Source: an uncultured virus (IMG/VR IMGVR_UViG_3300025687_000041) (taxonomy: Duplodnaviria; Heunggongvirae; Uroviricota; Caudoviricetes). From it: DNA of 64,000 nt. Numbering within the stretch: position 1 is the first letter of the stretch; each line of letters starts with the position of its first letter. Of this stretch, positions 8,694 through 17,162 are shown one piece after another. Below the pieces are notes generated by a model. That model did not search any database and was not told the origin of the DNA. It saw only the letters and a list, made by a program, of their open reading frames with translations. The stretch lies in IMG/VR virus record IMGVR_UViG_3300025687_000041; one strand, given 5' to 3'. A program made the translations under genes and the position numbers.

Positions 8694-8996
8694 ATGAGCA
8701 TTTATGCAATGGAGAAAGCGTTAAAAGCACTAGAACAAATTTACGGAGGGTGCGGTTATATCATCGAAGATAAACTTCATGAAGACGCAATGGATTTGGC
8801 GGGTTTTGTCAGAAAAGATTGCATTGAACCAATCAAAGTTCTGAGCCAAGCCATTCAACAACAGATAGACGGAGAGTGGGTTGGGCTGACGGATGAGGAA
8901 GTCTACGAGGAGTGTTCACAACTTGGGTTTGCACAACTTTCGCCATTAGCTATTGCCCAAGCCATCGAAGCCAAACTAAGGAAGAAGAACACATGA
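8694..8996 (+). CDS. Hypothetical protein
   Basis: AGGAGG RBS; WVGLTDEE...AIEAKL C-terminus typical of phage accessory proteins. Confidence 0.65.
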   Translation: MSIYAMEKALKALEQIYGGCGYIIEDKLHEDAMDLAGFVRKDCIEPIKVLSQAIQQQIDGEWVGLTDEEVYEECSQLGFAQLSPLAIAQAIEAKLRKKNT

Positions 8997-9697
8997 GCGA
9001 AGATACCGTCAGCGAGTATCGGGTTAAGGTAATTGTTCGCAATAACCTGATTCTTAATTTGATTGAAGAAACGGGTTACACATCTATACCCAAATTCGCC
9101 AAGGATCACGGCATCCACTACAACGACTTGAATATGTTCATATCCCTCAAAAAAGCGCCCATCACTTCAGAAGGTGAATTTTGCGTAGCTGCTAAAAAGC
9201 TAATGGAAATATTTGGTGCGGCACCCAATGACTTGTGGACTGATGAGCAACTTACAATGAAGCTGCATAAGAACTACTCCGAACGGGGAATGGACCGTGA
9301 CGACCTTGATCAGCTTGCGCAAAATCTTCCCACAATAACAGGACAAATAACATACGACTCCCCGGAGGAGGCGTTGTATAAAAAAGAAACTGTTAAGGTT
9401 ACATCTGACATGCTTGAAAGTTTAACCCCAAGAGAAAGAAAAGCCATCATATTGCGATGGGGTGTTGACGGCACTGGAGAACGCACGCTTGAGCAGGTAG
9501 CAAATATTCTTGATGTAACGCGAGAGCGTGTCAGACAAATCGAAGCCAAAGCATTCCGTAAACTACGAAGAAGGAAAGAACTAGATGAAAAACCTAAAGC
9601 ACCCGAGCGGATTGACTTTAGCCGAGTGGCGCTGGCCGTTCAAAACACCGGAGCAGCGCAAGAAGATCGTTGCGTGGTTCAAAAAACAAGAACGTGA
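8993..9697 (+). CDS. Protein with sigma70 region-4 domain
   Basis: LTPRERKAIILRWG...TLEQVANILDVTRERVRQIEAKAFRKLR; no region 2 recognised. Confidence 0.8.
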   Translation: MSEDTVSEYRVKVIVRNNLILNLIEETGYTSIPKFAKDHGIHYNDLNMFISLKKAPITSEGEFCVAAKKLMEIFGAAPNDLWTDEQLTMKLHKNYSERGMDRDDLDQLAQNLPTITGQITYDSPEEALYKKETVKVTSDMLESLTPRERKAIILRWGVDGTGERTLEQVANILDVTRERVRQIEAKAFRKLRRRKELDEKPKAPERIDFSRVALAVQNTGAAQEDRCVVQKTRT

Positions 9698-10557
9698 AAA
9701 GAAGTTAAACCAACCCGAGGCATTGGTGTGATGTTCCAATTTAATCTTGAACACCTCTTGGTGCTCACCGCTGTGGCTTTTGCTGCCGGTTTCCTTATCG
9801 GCTTTGTCCTATCTGAACATTGGTGTCAATGACTCCCGAAAAGCAACTGCGCATCATCCGCATGGTCAAACAAATCGTAACTTCAGAACTTAGGCGGCGC
9901 ACCAAAGTGCAACGACACTCAATGGACAAGCGAACCGCAGCGCAACACTACGAACAAGACTTGATGAACTTAAAGGAACTTCTTAATGAAAAAGAAAGAT
10001 AGGGACTTCAGCTTGCTGTGCCTGAACATTCAGGGGCTGGCGCGGATGCTGTACTCAGAACTGAACAGTAAACGCGGGGTGTCGTCCGACAAAGCGCGGG
10101 ATTTAGCCAAGCAAATTTTGACGGAAGCCGCGCATCTTCACGCATTGGTGGACGGTGAATAAATGCAAACCCATTTGCAAGCGGCTGAAAAAACCGCAAA
10201 CGGAACCAAGTACCGGATCGCTTTCTGCGGCATCACCGATATGCTCAGCCCAAACGGGGTGCTGATTGTTGACCCGAAAGAATCCAAAACCACACGATTC
10301 ATGTGCGAAAAATGCGTCAAGGTGATGAACAAGAAGCAGTAACGGGACGAGCCAAGCCGAGTGCGGCAAAGCTCCGACTGATCGGGCGTCGGATACAAGG
10401 CAGGTATTCGGTTAGCGTAAAAGACATCGCCCGAACCATGAGGATGAGTGAGAGCAACGCAGAGCGATACATGTGCTTGCTTGAAGATGCTGGAGTTGTT
10501 GAATTTTGGTACCAAGGCCGGGATCGGCGGTACTATTACCGAATAAGGAGAGACTGA
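9585..10557 (+). CDS. Run of small, closely packed or overlapping hypothetical ORFs (9585-9731, 9731-9832 TM peptide, 9829-10002, 9986-10162, 10163-10342, about 10312-10557 HTH-like)
   Basis: Translated by hand; abutting or overlapping start/stop codons. Confidence 0.5.
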
Positions 10558-10859
10558 TGAATCTCGATAACTTTTCTCAAATCACTAAGGTGCTGCGCAC
10601 AGAGTACGGGTTGGATAGCACCGACGCGCTGATCATTAACGAGTTGATGCGGATGCGAGGGCATGGCGACGTGCCTACGATGACCCTGATAAAAAATTTC
10701 AGTGAAGCATCACAAGCTACTACGCATACGCGAGTAAAGAAGTTAATTAAAGCTGGTTGGATTTCTCGGATTGGCGACGAGGAGAACCTACGCGTACGCA
10801 AATTGGTCCCCACGGAAAAAGCTCTAAACATGGTCCGGCATCTAGGCTCGGTACTATGA
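10557..10859 (+). CDS. MarR-like winged-helix protein
   Basis: SQATTHTRVKKLIKAGWISRIGDEENLRVRKLVPTEKA. Confidence 0.7.
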   Translation: MNLDNFSQITKVLRTEYGLDSTDALIINELMRMRGHGDVPTMTLIKNFSEASQATTHTRVKKLIKAGWISRIGDEENLRVRKLVPTEKALNMVRHLGSVL

Positions 10860-12679
10860 TCATTACCGTCGATTTTGAGACGTACTACGACAAGGCGTAC
10901 TCCCTGTCCAAGATGACGACAGAGGAGTACGTACGTGCCGATGAGTTTGAGGTTATCGGGGTCGCGGTAAAGGTTGATGACGGGGAGACCGCGTGGTTCT
11001 CGGGGAGTATGGACGAGACGCGCAAGTTTTTGCGAGGGTTCGATTGGGCTAACTCGCTGGTGCTGGCGCACAACACGATGTTTGATGGGGCAATCCTGTC
11101 ATGGCGATTCGGCATTACCGCAAAAGGATGGCTCGACACACTATGTATGGCACGTGCGATCCACGGGGTCGATGCGGGAGGTAGTCTCAAAGCACTGGCA
11201 GAACGGTATAACCTTGGGGAGAAAGGCACCGAGGTACTCGATGCGCTGGGCAAGCGTCGAGCCGACTTCTCTCAAGAAGAATTGGAGAATTACGGAAGAT
11301 ACTGCCGTAACGATGTGGCGTTGACTTACGATCTGTTCCAAGTTTTATTGGGGCCGTTCCCCAAGAAGGAGCTTAAAGTCATCGACACTACTCTAAAGAT
11401 GTTCATCGACCCCGAGCTTGAACTAGATACGGCGTTGCTGGAGCAGCATTTGGCTGACGTGAAGGCCAAGAAGGAGCGGTTACTAGAGGCTGCGAACGCA
11501 GATAAAAAGACGTTGATGTCCAACGATCAGTTCGCTGATTTACTGAAACATCTTAAAGTAATCCCTCCACGCAAGATCTCCGCCCGTACTGGAAAAGAAA
11601 CTTGGGCGTTTGCGAAAACCGACGAGGAGTTCAAAGCGTTAGCCGAGCATGACGACCCAAGAGTTCAGGCGCTGGTGTCAGCGAGGCTGGGCACTAAAAC
11701 AACTTTGGAAGAAACCCGCACCCAACGGTTTATTGATATAAGCAAGCGGGGCAAGCTACCTGTACCCATCAAGTATTACGCCGCGCACACTGGACGGTGG
11801 GGTGGTGACGACAAGATCAACTTGCAAAACTTGCCAAGCCGGGGGCAGAACGCCGGTAAGCTGAAAGCCGCTATCAAACCCCCGGAGGGGTACGTGATAA
11901 TCGACTGCGACTCAAGCCAGATCGAAGCGCGGACGGTGGCGTGGCTGGCAGGGCAGACTGCTTTGGTGCGTGCGTTCGACAGGGGAGAGGACGTATACAA
12001 GATCATGGCTGCTGCTATCTACAACAAAGCAGAAGACGAAATCTCCAAAGATGAGCGATTTGTAGGCAAGACCACAATCCTCGGTGCCGGATACGGCATG
12101 GGCGCAGTCAAGTTCCAAGCGCAGCTAAAGACGTTTGGTACTGATATAGAACTTGATGAAGCTAAGCGCATTATCGAGGTGTACCGCACTACGTATGCCA
12201 AGATCCCGAAACTGTGGAGCCAAGGGCAGCGGTGTATCGAGGCTATTATTACCGGCAACGCCTCTAGCTTTGGCGATGTAGACGCAGTGCAGTTTGATCC
12301 AAGGGAATACGGATTTAAGCTCCCCAGCGGGTTATGGCAACGATACGAGGGGCTGACCAAAGTAACGGACGCTGAGGGTAAGGAGCAGTACGAGTACAAG
12401 ACCCGTAAGGGACCGACCAAGATCTACGGCGGTAAGCTGGTAGAGAACATCTGTCAAGCAGTTGCCCGGTGTGTGATTGCCGAACAGATGCTCAAAATCA
12501 GCAATAAGTACCGCGTGGTATTGACGGTTCACGACGCAGTTGCTTGTATCGCGCCTGTAGAAGAAGCCGCAGTGGCGCAAGCCTACGTGGAAGAATGTAT
12601 GCGATGGCGTCCAGACTGGGCGCAAACACTACCGTTAAACTGCGAGTCAGGAGTAGGGAGTAATTATGGCGAATGTTAA
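10856..12679 (+). CDS. polA: DNA polymerase family A with 3'-5' exonuclease
   Basis: Exo DFET and AHNTMFD; HTGRW; motif A DSSQIEAR; motif B RFVGKTTILGAGYG; motif C TVHD. Confidence 0.95.
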   Translation: MIITVDFETYYDKAYSLSKMTTEEYVRADEFEVIGVAVKVDDGETAWFSGSMDETRKFLRGFDWANSLVLAHNTMFDGAILSWRFGITAKGWLDTLCMARAIHGVDAGGSLKALAERYNLGEKGTEVLDALGKRRADFSQEELENYGRYCRNDVALTYDLFQVLLGPFPKKELKVIDTTLKMFIDPELELDTALLEQHLADVKAKKERLLEAANADKKTLMSNDQFADLLKHLKVIPPRKISARTGKETWAFAKTDEEFKALAEHDDPRVQALVSARLGTKTTLEETRTQRFIDISKRGKLPVPIKYYAAHTGRWGGDDKINLQNLPSRGQNAGKLKAAIKPPEGYVIIDCDSSQIEARTVAWLAGQTALVRAFDRGEDVYKIMAAAIYNKAEDEISKDERFVGKTTILGAGYGMGAVKFQAQLKTFGTDIELDEAKRIIEVYRTTYAKIPKLWSQGQRCIEAIITGNASSFGDVDAVQFDPREYGFKLPSGLWQRYEGLTKVTDAEGKEQYEYKTRKGPTKIYGGKLVENICQAVARCVIAEQMLKISNKYRVVLTVHDAVACIAPVEEAAVAQAYVEECMRWRPDWAQTLPLNCESGVGSNYGEC

Positions 12680-13337
12680 ATGGTCGTACTCGGCGCTTGA
12701 TTCGTTTAAGCTGTGCCCGCACAAGTATTACCGGATTAAGGTAAAGAAAGATGTTGTGGAGCCGTATCAGGAACACCTGCATTTCGGCACGAAGGTACAC
12801 AGTGCAGCCGAACACTTCATCAAAGATGGCACTCCGATCCCCGTGCAGTACCAAGAAATGCTGGCCCCGCTCACTAAGCTACGGGACATGGACGGCGAGA
12901 AGCTGTGCGAGTACAGGATGGGGATGACACGGGATCTGCAACCGTGTAAGTTCTCCGATAAAAATGTTTGGTGGCGTGGAATTGCCGACTTGATTGTGCT
13001 GCGTGGCGATAGCGCCTACATCGTTGACTACAAAACAAGCAAGTCCGCTAAATACGCCGACACCAAGCAGTTGGAGATCCTGTCGCTGGCAACCTTCAAA
13101 CACTTCCCACAAGTCAAACGGATCAAGGCGGGGCTGTTGTTTGTGGTTGCCAACGAATTCATTAAGGCCGAATACAATAAAAGCAGTGCCGGGGCGCAGT
13201 GGCTGAAGTGGATTGAGGACGTAAGCCGACTGGAAAAGGCGATGGAGCTAAACGTGTGGAACCCGCGCCCCAACTTCACCTGCGCCCAGTATTGCGCGGT
13301 GAAGGACTGTGTGCATAATGGCAAAGTTACTTATTAG
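12666..13337 (+). CDS. PD-(D/E)XK exonuclease, Cas4/RecB-like
   Basis: CP...GIAD...VDYKT...QL and C-terminal CxxxC-x4-C. Confidence 0.85.
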   Translation: MANVKWSYSALDSFKLCPHKYYRIKVKKDVVEPYQEHLHFGTKVHSAAEHFIKDGTPIPVQYQEMLAPLTKLRDMDGEKLCEYRMGMTRDLQPCKFSDKNVWWRGIADLIVLRGDSAYIVDYKTSKSAKYADTKQLEILSLATFKHFPQVKRIKAGLLFVVANEFIKAEYNKSSAGAQWLKWIEDVSRLEKAMELNVWNPRPNFTCAQYCAVKDCVHNGKVTY

Positions 13338-13346
13338 AGGTGTGCG

Positions 13347-13640
13347 ATGCCGTACAAGAACAAAGCTGACCGGAACTACGACCATGAGTATGAGTCGTAT
13401 CAAGGCTCCGAGCAACAAAAGAAGAACCGTGCCCAGCGTAACGCGGCCCGACGCAAACTGCTACGCGAAGGCAAAGTACGTAAGGGCGATGGCATGGACG
13501 TAGCCCATACGAAGGCTATCGACAAGGGGGGTTCCACGAAGGACGGAGTTCGTGTAGAATCCAAAGCGAAGAACAGATCGTTTCGCAGGGACAGCAAGGG
13601 CAACCTCACGTCCGAACGTAGCAAGCGCGAAGCAAAGTAG
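13347..13640 (+). CDS. Small basic HNH-like protein
   Basis: GDGMDVAH...GG...NRS pattern. Confidence 0.55.
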   Translation: MPYKNKADRNYDHEYESYQGSEQQKKNRAQRNAARRKLLREGKVRKGDGMDVAHTKAIDKGGSTKDGVRVESKAKNRSFRRDSKGNLTSERSKREAK

Positions 13641-13716
13641 TACGCAGTACAACTAGAGCAGTTTCTGGGCTGAGAGTGGAAATACCACTTTCGGCCTGTC
13701 GGCGTATGGGGAAAGA

Positions 13717-15264
13717 GTGCAAATCATAGACGATAAAGCGTTGCTGCTAAGGGTCAGAGAACCCAACCGCATAACAACCGTCATCCCGAAGTCCAAGGTG
13801 CTGGATTCAGGCGAAGTGCTGGTCAAGTGGGGGCTGGAAGAAGCGCAGGTGCTAAAGAATCTGCGCATCAAGAATGTACCCTCCCCGATTAGCGCCAAGT
13901 ACGCATGGCCGGGGTTGTATAAACCGTTTGACCATCAGAAGAAAACCGCATCGTTCCTGACCTTGCATCGACGGGCGTTTTGTTTTAACGAACAGGGCAC
14001 CGGCAAGACTTCAAGCGTTATCTGGGCTGCGGACTACCTACTGAATGAAGGGCACATTAAGCGGGTGCTTGTGCTTTGTCCGTTGTCGATCATGCAGTCA
14101 GCATGGGGAGCGGACCTATTTAAGTTCGCTATGCACCGGACAGTAGCTATAGCCCATAGCTATTCCAAAGAGCGGCGCGTCGAGGCGATTAAAAGCGATG
14201 CAGAGTTCGTTATCATTAACTACGACGGGGTGGAGATTATCCGAGACGAGATCGAGGCTGCGGCTTTTGATCTGATCGTGGTCGATGAAGCAAACTCCTA
14301 CAAAAACGTCAGCACAAAACGATGGAAGGCGCTGGCCAGTTTAATTAGAGCCGACACTTGGGTTTGGATGTTGACCGGTACCCCGGCCTCGCAGTCACCG
14401 ACGGACGCTTACGGACTTGCCAAGCTCATCGTGCCGAGCAGAGTGCCCAAGTTTTTCGGCGCGTTCCGTGACATGGTGATGCTCAAGATCACACAGTTCA
14501 AGTGGGTGCCCAAGCGCAACTCAGAAGAAACAGTACACGATGCGCTGCAACCAGCAATACGTTTTACGAAGGAAGAGTGCCTCGACCTTCCGGACATGAC
14601 CTACGTGAACCGGGACGTACCACTGACTGCACAACAAAAGAAATTCTACGAAGCCATCCGTAAGAACATGATGACGGTAGCAGCGGGTGAAGAGATCACC
14701 ACGGTCAACGCAGCCGCGAATCTGAACAAGCTCTTGCAGTTGTCAGGTGGCGCAGTCTACTCCGATACTGGGGAGGTAGTTGCGTTCGATGCGAAGAACC
14801 GCATGGAAGCACTGATCGAGGTGATCGACGAGGCGAGTCATAAGGTGATCGTGTTCGTGCCGTTCAAACACGCGATTGAGATCATCTCGGACGAACTTAA
14901 GAAGCGTAAGATTGCAGCCGAGGTCATCCACGGTGGAGTCAGCGCCGTTAAGCGCACCGAGATTTTTGCGCGGTTCCAGACGGAACCCGACCCTCAAGTG
15001 CTTGTGATCCAACCACAAGCCGCCGCACATGGTGTGACGCTACACGCCGCGAATGTCGTAGTATGGTGGGGGCCGATCACCTCCATCGAAACATACTTGC
15101 AAGCCAATGCACGAGTGCATCGCGCTGGGCAACGCAACCCCTGTACGGTGGTGCATCTACGAGGAAGCCCTGTCGAGCATCGTGTCTACAAGATGCTGTC
15201 AGAAAAAGTGGACATCCACACGAGGGTCATAGACCTTTATAAAAATGTGATCGAAGATACTTGA
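13717..15264 (+). CDS. SNF2-family (SF2) helicase
   Basis: QGTGKT, VVDE, LTGTP, HGVTL, QANARVHRAGQ. Confidence 0.9.
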   Translation: MQIIDDKALLLRVREPNRITTVIPKSKVLDSGEVLVKWGLEEAQVLKNLRIKNVPSPISAKYAWPGLYKPFDHQKKTASFLTLHRRAFCFNEQGTGKTSSVIWAADYLLNEGHIKRVLVLCPLSIMQSAWGADLFKFAMHRTVAIAHSYSKERRVEAIKSDAEFVIINYDGVEIIRDEIEAAAFDLIVVDEANSYKNVSTKRWKALASLIRADTWVWMLTGTPASQSPTDAYGLAKLIVPSRVPKFFGAFRDMVMLKITQFKWVPKRNSEETVHDALQPAIRFTKEECLDLPDMTYVNRDVPLTAQQKKFYEAIRKNMMTVAAGEEITTVNAAANLNKLLQLSGGAVYSDTGEVVAFDAKNRMEALIEVIDEASHKVIVFVPFKHAIEIISDELKKRKIAAEVIHGGVSAVKRTEIFARFQTEPDPQVLVIQPQAAAHGVTLHAANVVVWWGPITSIETYLQANARVHRAGQRNPCTVVHLRGSPVEHRVYKMLSEKVDIHTRVIDLYKNVIEDT

Positions 15265-15288
15265 CAATGTAAACCACACCCTTATAAT
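15261..15288 (+). promoter_or_regulatory. sigma70 promoter
   Basis: TTGACA-16-TATAAT. Confidence 0.75.
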
Positions 15289-15320
15289 AGGGGTTCCTTT
15301 TACAAGCGAAGGAGAGTGCA

Positions 15321-15713
15321 GTGATCGAAGAAACAGAGGCGTGTACCGCCGACAAACTCACAAAAGTCTACGTCAAGATTCGTGAGCGACGTAGGGAACT
15401 TGCTAAGCAGGACAAGGAACTGGAAGAGCAATTAGACATAATTGCCAAACAGTTATTGGAGATCTGCAAAGAGCAGGGTGCCTCTACGATACGCACCGAA
15501 TACGGAACCGTCTCAAGAAGAACGTCCAAGCGGTTTTGGCCTACCGACTGGGATGCTTTCTATAAATTCGTCAAAGACCAAGACGCCATGCAGTTGCTGT
15601 ACCAACGCATCAACACGGCGAACATGGAGCAGTTTCTCGAAGAGAACCCCGATCTACATCCTCCGGGGCTAAACGCGGATGTGTCTCAAACAGTTGTGAT
15701 TGTCAAACGCTAA
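15321..15713 (+). CDS. Conserved phage protein (coiled coil, T..GT, DW..FY, PPG)
   Basis: GTG start with AAGGAG RBS; lies in the replication module. Confidence 0.75.
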   Translation: MIEETEACTADKLTKVYVKIRERRRELAKQDKELEEQLDIIAKQLLEICKEQGASTIRTEYGTVSRRTSKRFWPTDWDAFYKFVKDQDAMQLLYQRINTANMEQFLEENPDLHPPGLNADVSQTVVIVKR

Positions 15714-15723
15714 GGAGAGTGCA

Positions 15724-15948
15724 ATGGAAAACCAACACCGAGAAATTAAGGGGTGCCGTGAACTCAATGAGCACGAGATCGCTTGCATAAACGGCGTGAA
15801 GGAACTGGCCGCAAAAGCCGGGGAACTCATCGTATCGCTAGACCAGATGGGCGAAACGGACAAACGTTGGGTCGCCATCGCCAAAACTGACCTACAAAAA
15901 GGTTTTATGTCCCTCACCCGCGCAATCGCACAACCCACTACTTTCTAA
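15724..15948 (+). CDS. acb2: Anti-CBASS Acb2-like cyclic-nucleotide sponge
   Basis: MENQHREIKGCREL...N.VK...RWVAIAKTDLQKGFM.LTRAIAQPTTF matches the Acb2 sequence pattern as I recall it. Confidence 0.85.
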   Translation: MENQHREIKGCRELNEHEIACINGVKELAAKAGELIVSLDQMGETDKRWVAIAKTDLQKGFMSLTRAIAQPTTF

Positions 15949-15958
15949 GGAGCAACAA

Positions 15959-16843
15959 ATGAGCAACGAACTCGCAGTGCTGGACCAAGGGCTTCCTTCC
16001 TACCTAAAGGAACTTCAACTGGATGACGCTACCAAAGCCCTGATGGGCGGCTCAAGCGGCGGTGAGTCCAAGAGGATTTCCATCAAGGGCGGTGTGTGGC
16101 GCATGATGGTCAACGGCAAAGAAGTCGCCAAGAACGAAGATCGCGCTATGAATGTGGTGATCGCAGCCGCAGCCGAGAAGGTATCGCGCACGTTCTACGC
16201 TAAGCAGTATTCCGAAGGCGGTGAAGTTACTGCTCCCGACTGCTGGTCGGCCAATGGGGATACACCCAGTGACAAGGCTAAGAACCCACAAGCTAAGCGG
16301 TGTTTCGATTGCCCGCAGAACGCTAAAGGTTCCGGTCAGGGCGAGAGCCGTGCATGCCGCTTCAGTCAAAGGCTGGCAGTCGTATTAGCCAACGACATTG
16401 GTGGCGACGTGTTTCAGCTTACCCTTCCGGGGGCATCAATTTTCGGTAGCGGCGAAGCTGGTAAATGGCCGTTGCAGATGTACGCAAAGATGATTGGCAG
16501 CAAAGGCGTGCCGGTCACGGCGGTAGTGACTGAGATGCGGTTCGACACCAGCAGCGCGACGCCCAAGCTTACGTTCAAACCGGTTCGTGTGCTGGAGCCA
16601 CACGAGCATGAGACAGTCATCCAGCAAGGGGCGTCCCCCGCAGCGAAACGCGCTATCACTATGACGGTCGCAGAAGCGGACGGAGTAAAAGCTGCCCCGA
16701 GGCTGGAGGCTAAACCGTCAGCGCAGGTAGCGGAAGAGGTCGAAGCTGTAGAAGAGCCGGTAAAACGAGCCGCAAAGAAAGATGAAGCACCGGCAGAAAA
16801 GAAAGACCTGAGCAAGATCCTTGACGAGTGGGATGATCAGTAA
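15959..16843 (+). CDS. Putative single-stranded DNA-binding protein
   Basis: RISIKG, PDCWS, CxxCP..C motifs; acidic C-terminal tail ending DEWDDQ; position in the replication module. Confidence 0.6.
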   Translation: MSNELAVLDQGLPSYLKELQLDDATKALMGGSSGGESKRISIKGGVWRMMVNGKEVAKNEDRAMNVVIAAAAEKVSRTFYAKQYSEGGEVTAPDCWSANGDTPSDKAKNPQAKRCFDCPQNAKGSGQGESRACRFSQRLAVVLANDIGGDVFQLTLPGASIFGSGEAGKWPLQMYAKMIGSKGVPVTAVVTEMRFDTSSATPKLTFKPVRVLEPHEHETVIQQGASPAAKRAITMTVAEADGVKAAPRLEAKPSAQVAEEVEAVEEPVKRAAKKDEAPAEKKDLSKILDEWDDQ

Positions 16844-17073
16844 TGCCTACTGGCTATTCACTGACAACCATCAAGACGATTGACGATGCAGATCAGAAGC
16901 TACTGGGAGTGCGCCTCGCGCAGCTATGTGTGCGGCTCGACATCCCCGTAAAAGACATAGCCAAGTATTTCGGTGTTAGTCGCGTGACCGTATACAACTG
17001 GTTTAGCGGCGTGTCTGTTGTTTCCGATAAGCACCAAGATCGTATGAGTGAGCTAATAAAGAAGTTAGCTTGA
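16843..17073 (+). CDS. Cro/XRE-like HTH protein
   Basis: VKDIAKYFGVSRVTVYNWFSG. Confidence 0.8.
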   Translation: MPTGYSLTTIKTIDDADQKLLGVRLAQLCVRLDIPVKDIAKYFGVSRVTVYNWFSGVSVVSDKHQDRMSELIKKLA

Positions 17074-17162
17074 AGGTTTGAGGGGGCTAGGTTCGCTACC
17101 GAAAAGGGTGTCGCCGTCACGCCCCTGCCCAACCTCTCTTTGACGGCGCGTTAAGGACGGCC

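Noticed and set aside
12666..13337. Cas4-like nuclease as evidence of a CRISPR system
   Set aside because: It sits in the replication module with no cas1, cas2 or array; stand-alone Cas4-like exonucleases are common in phages.
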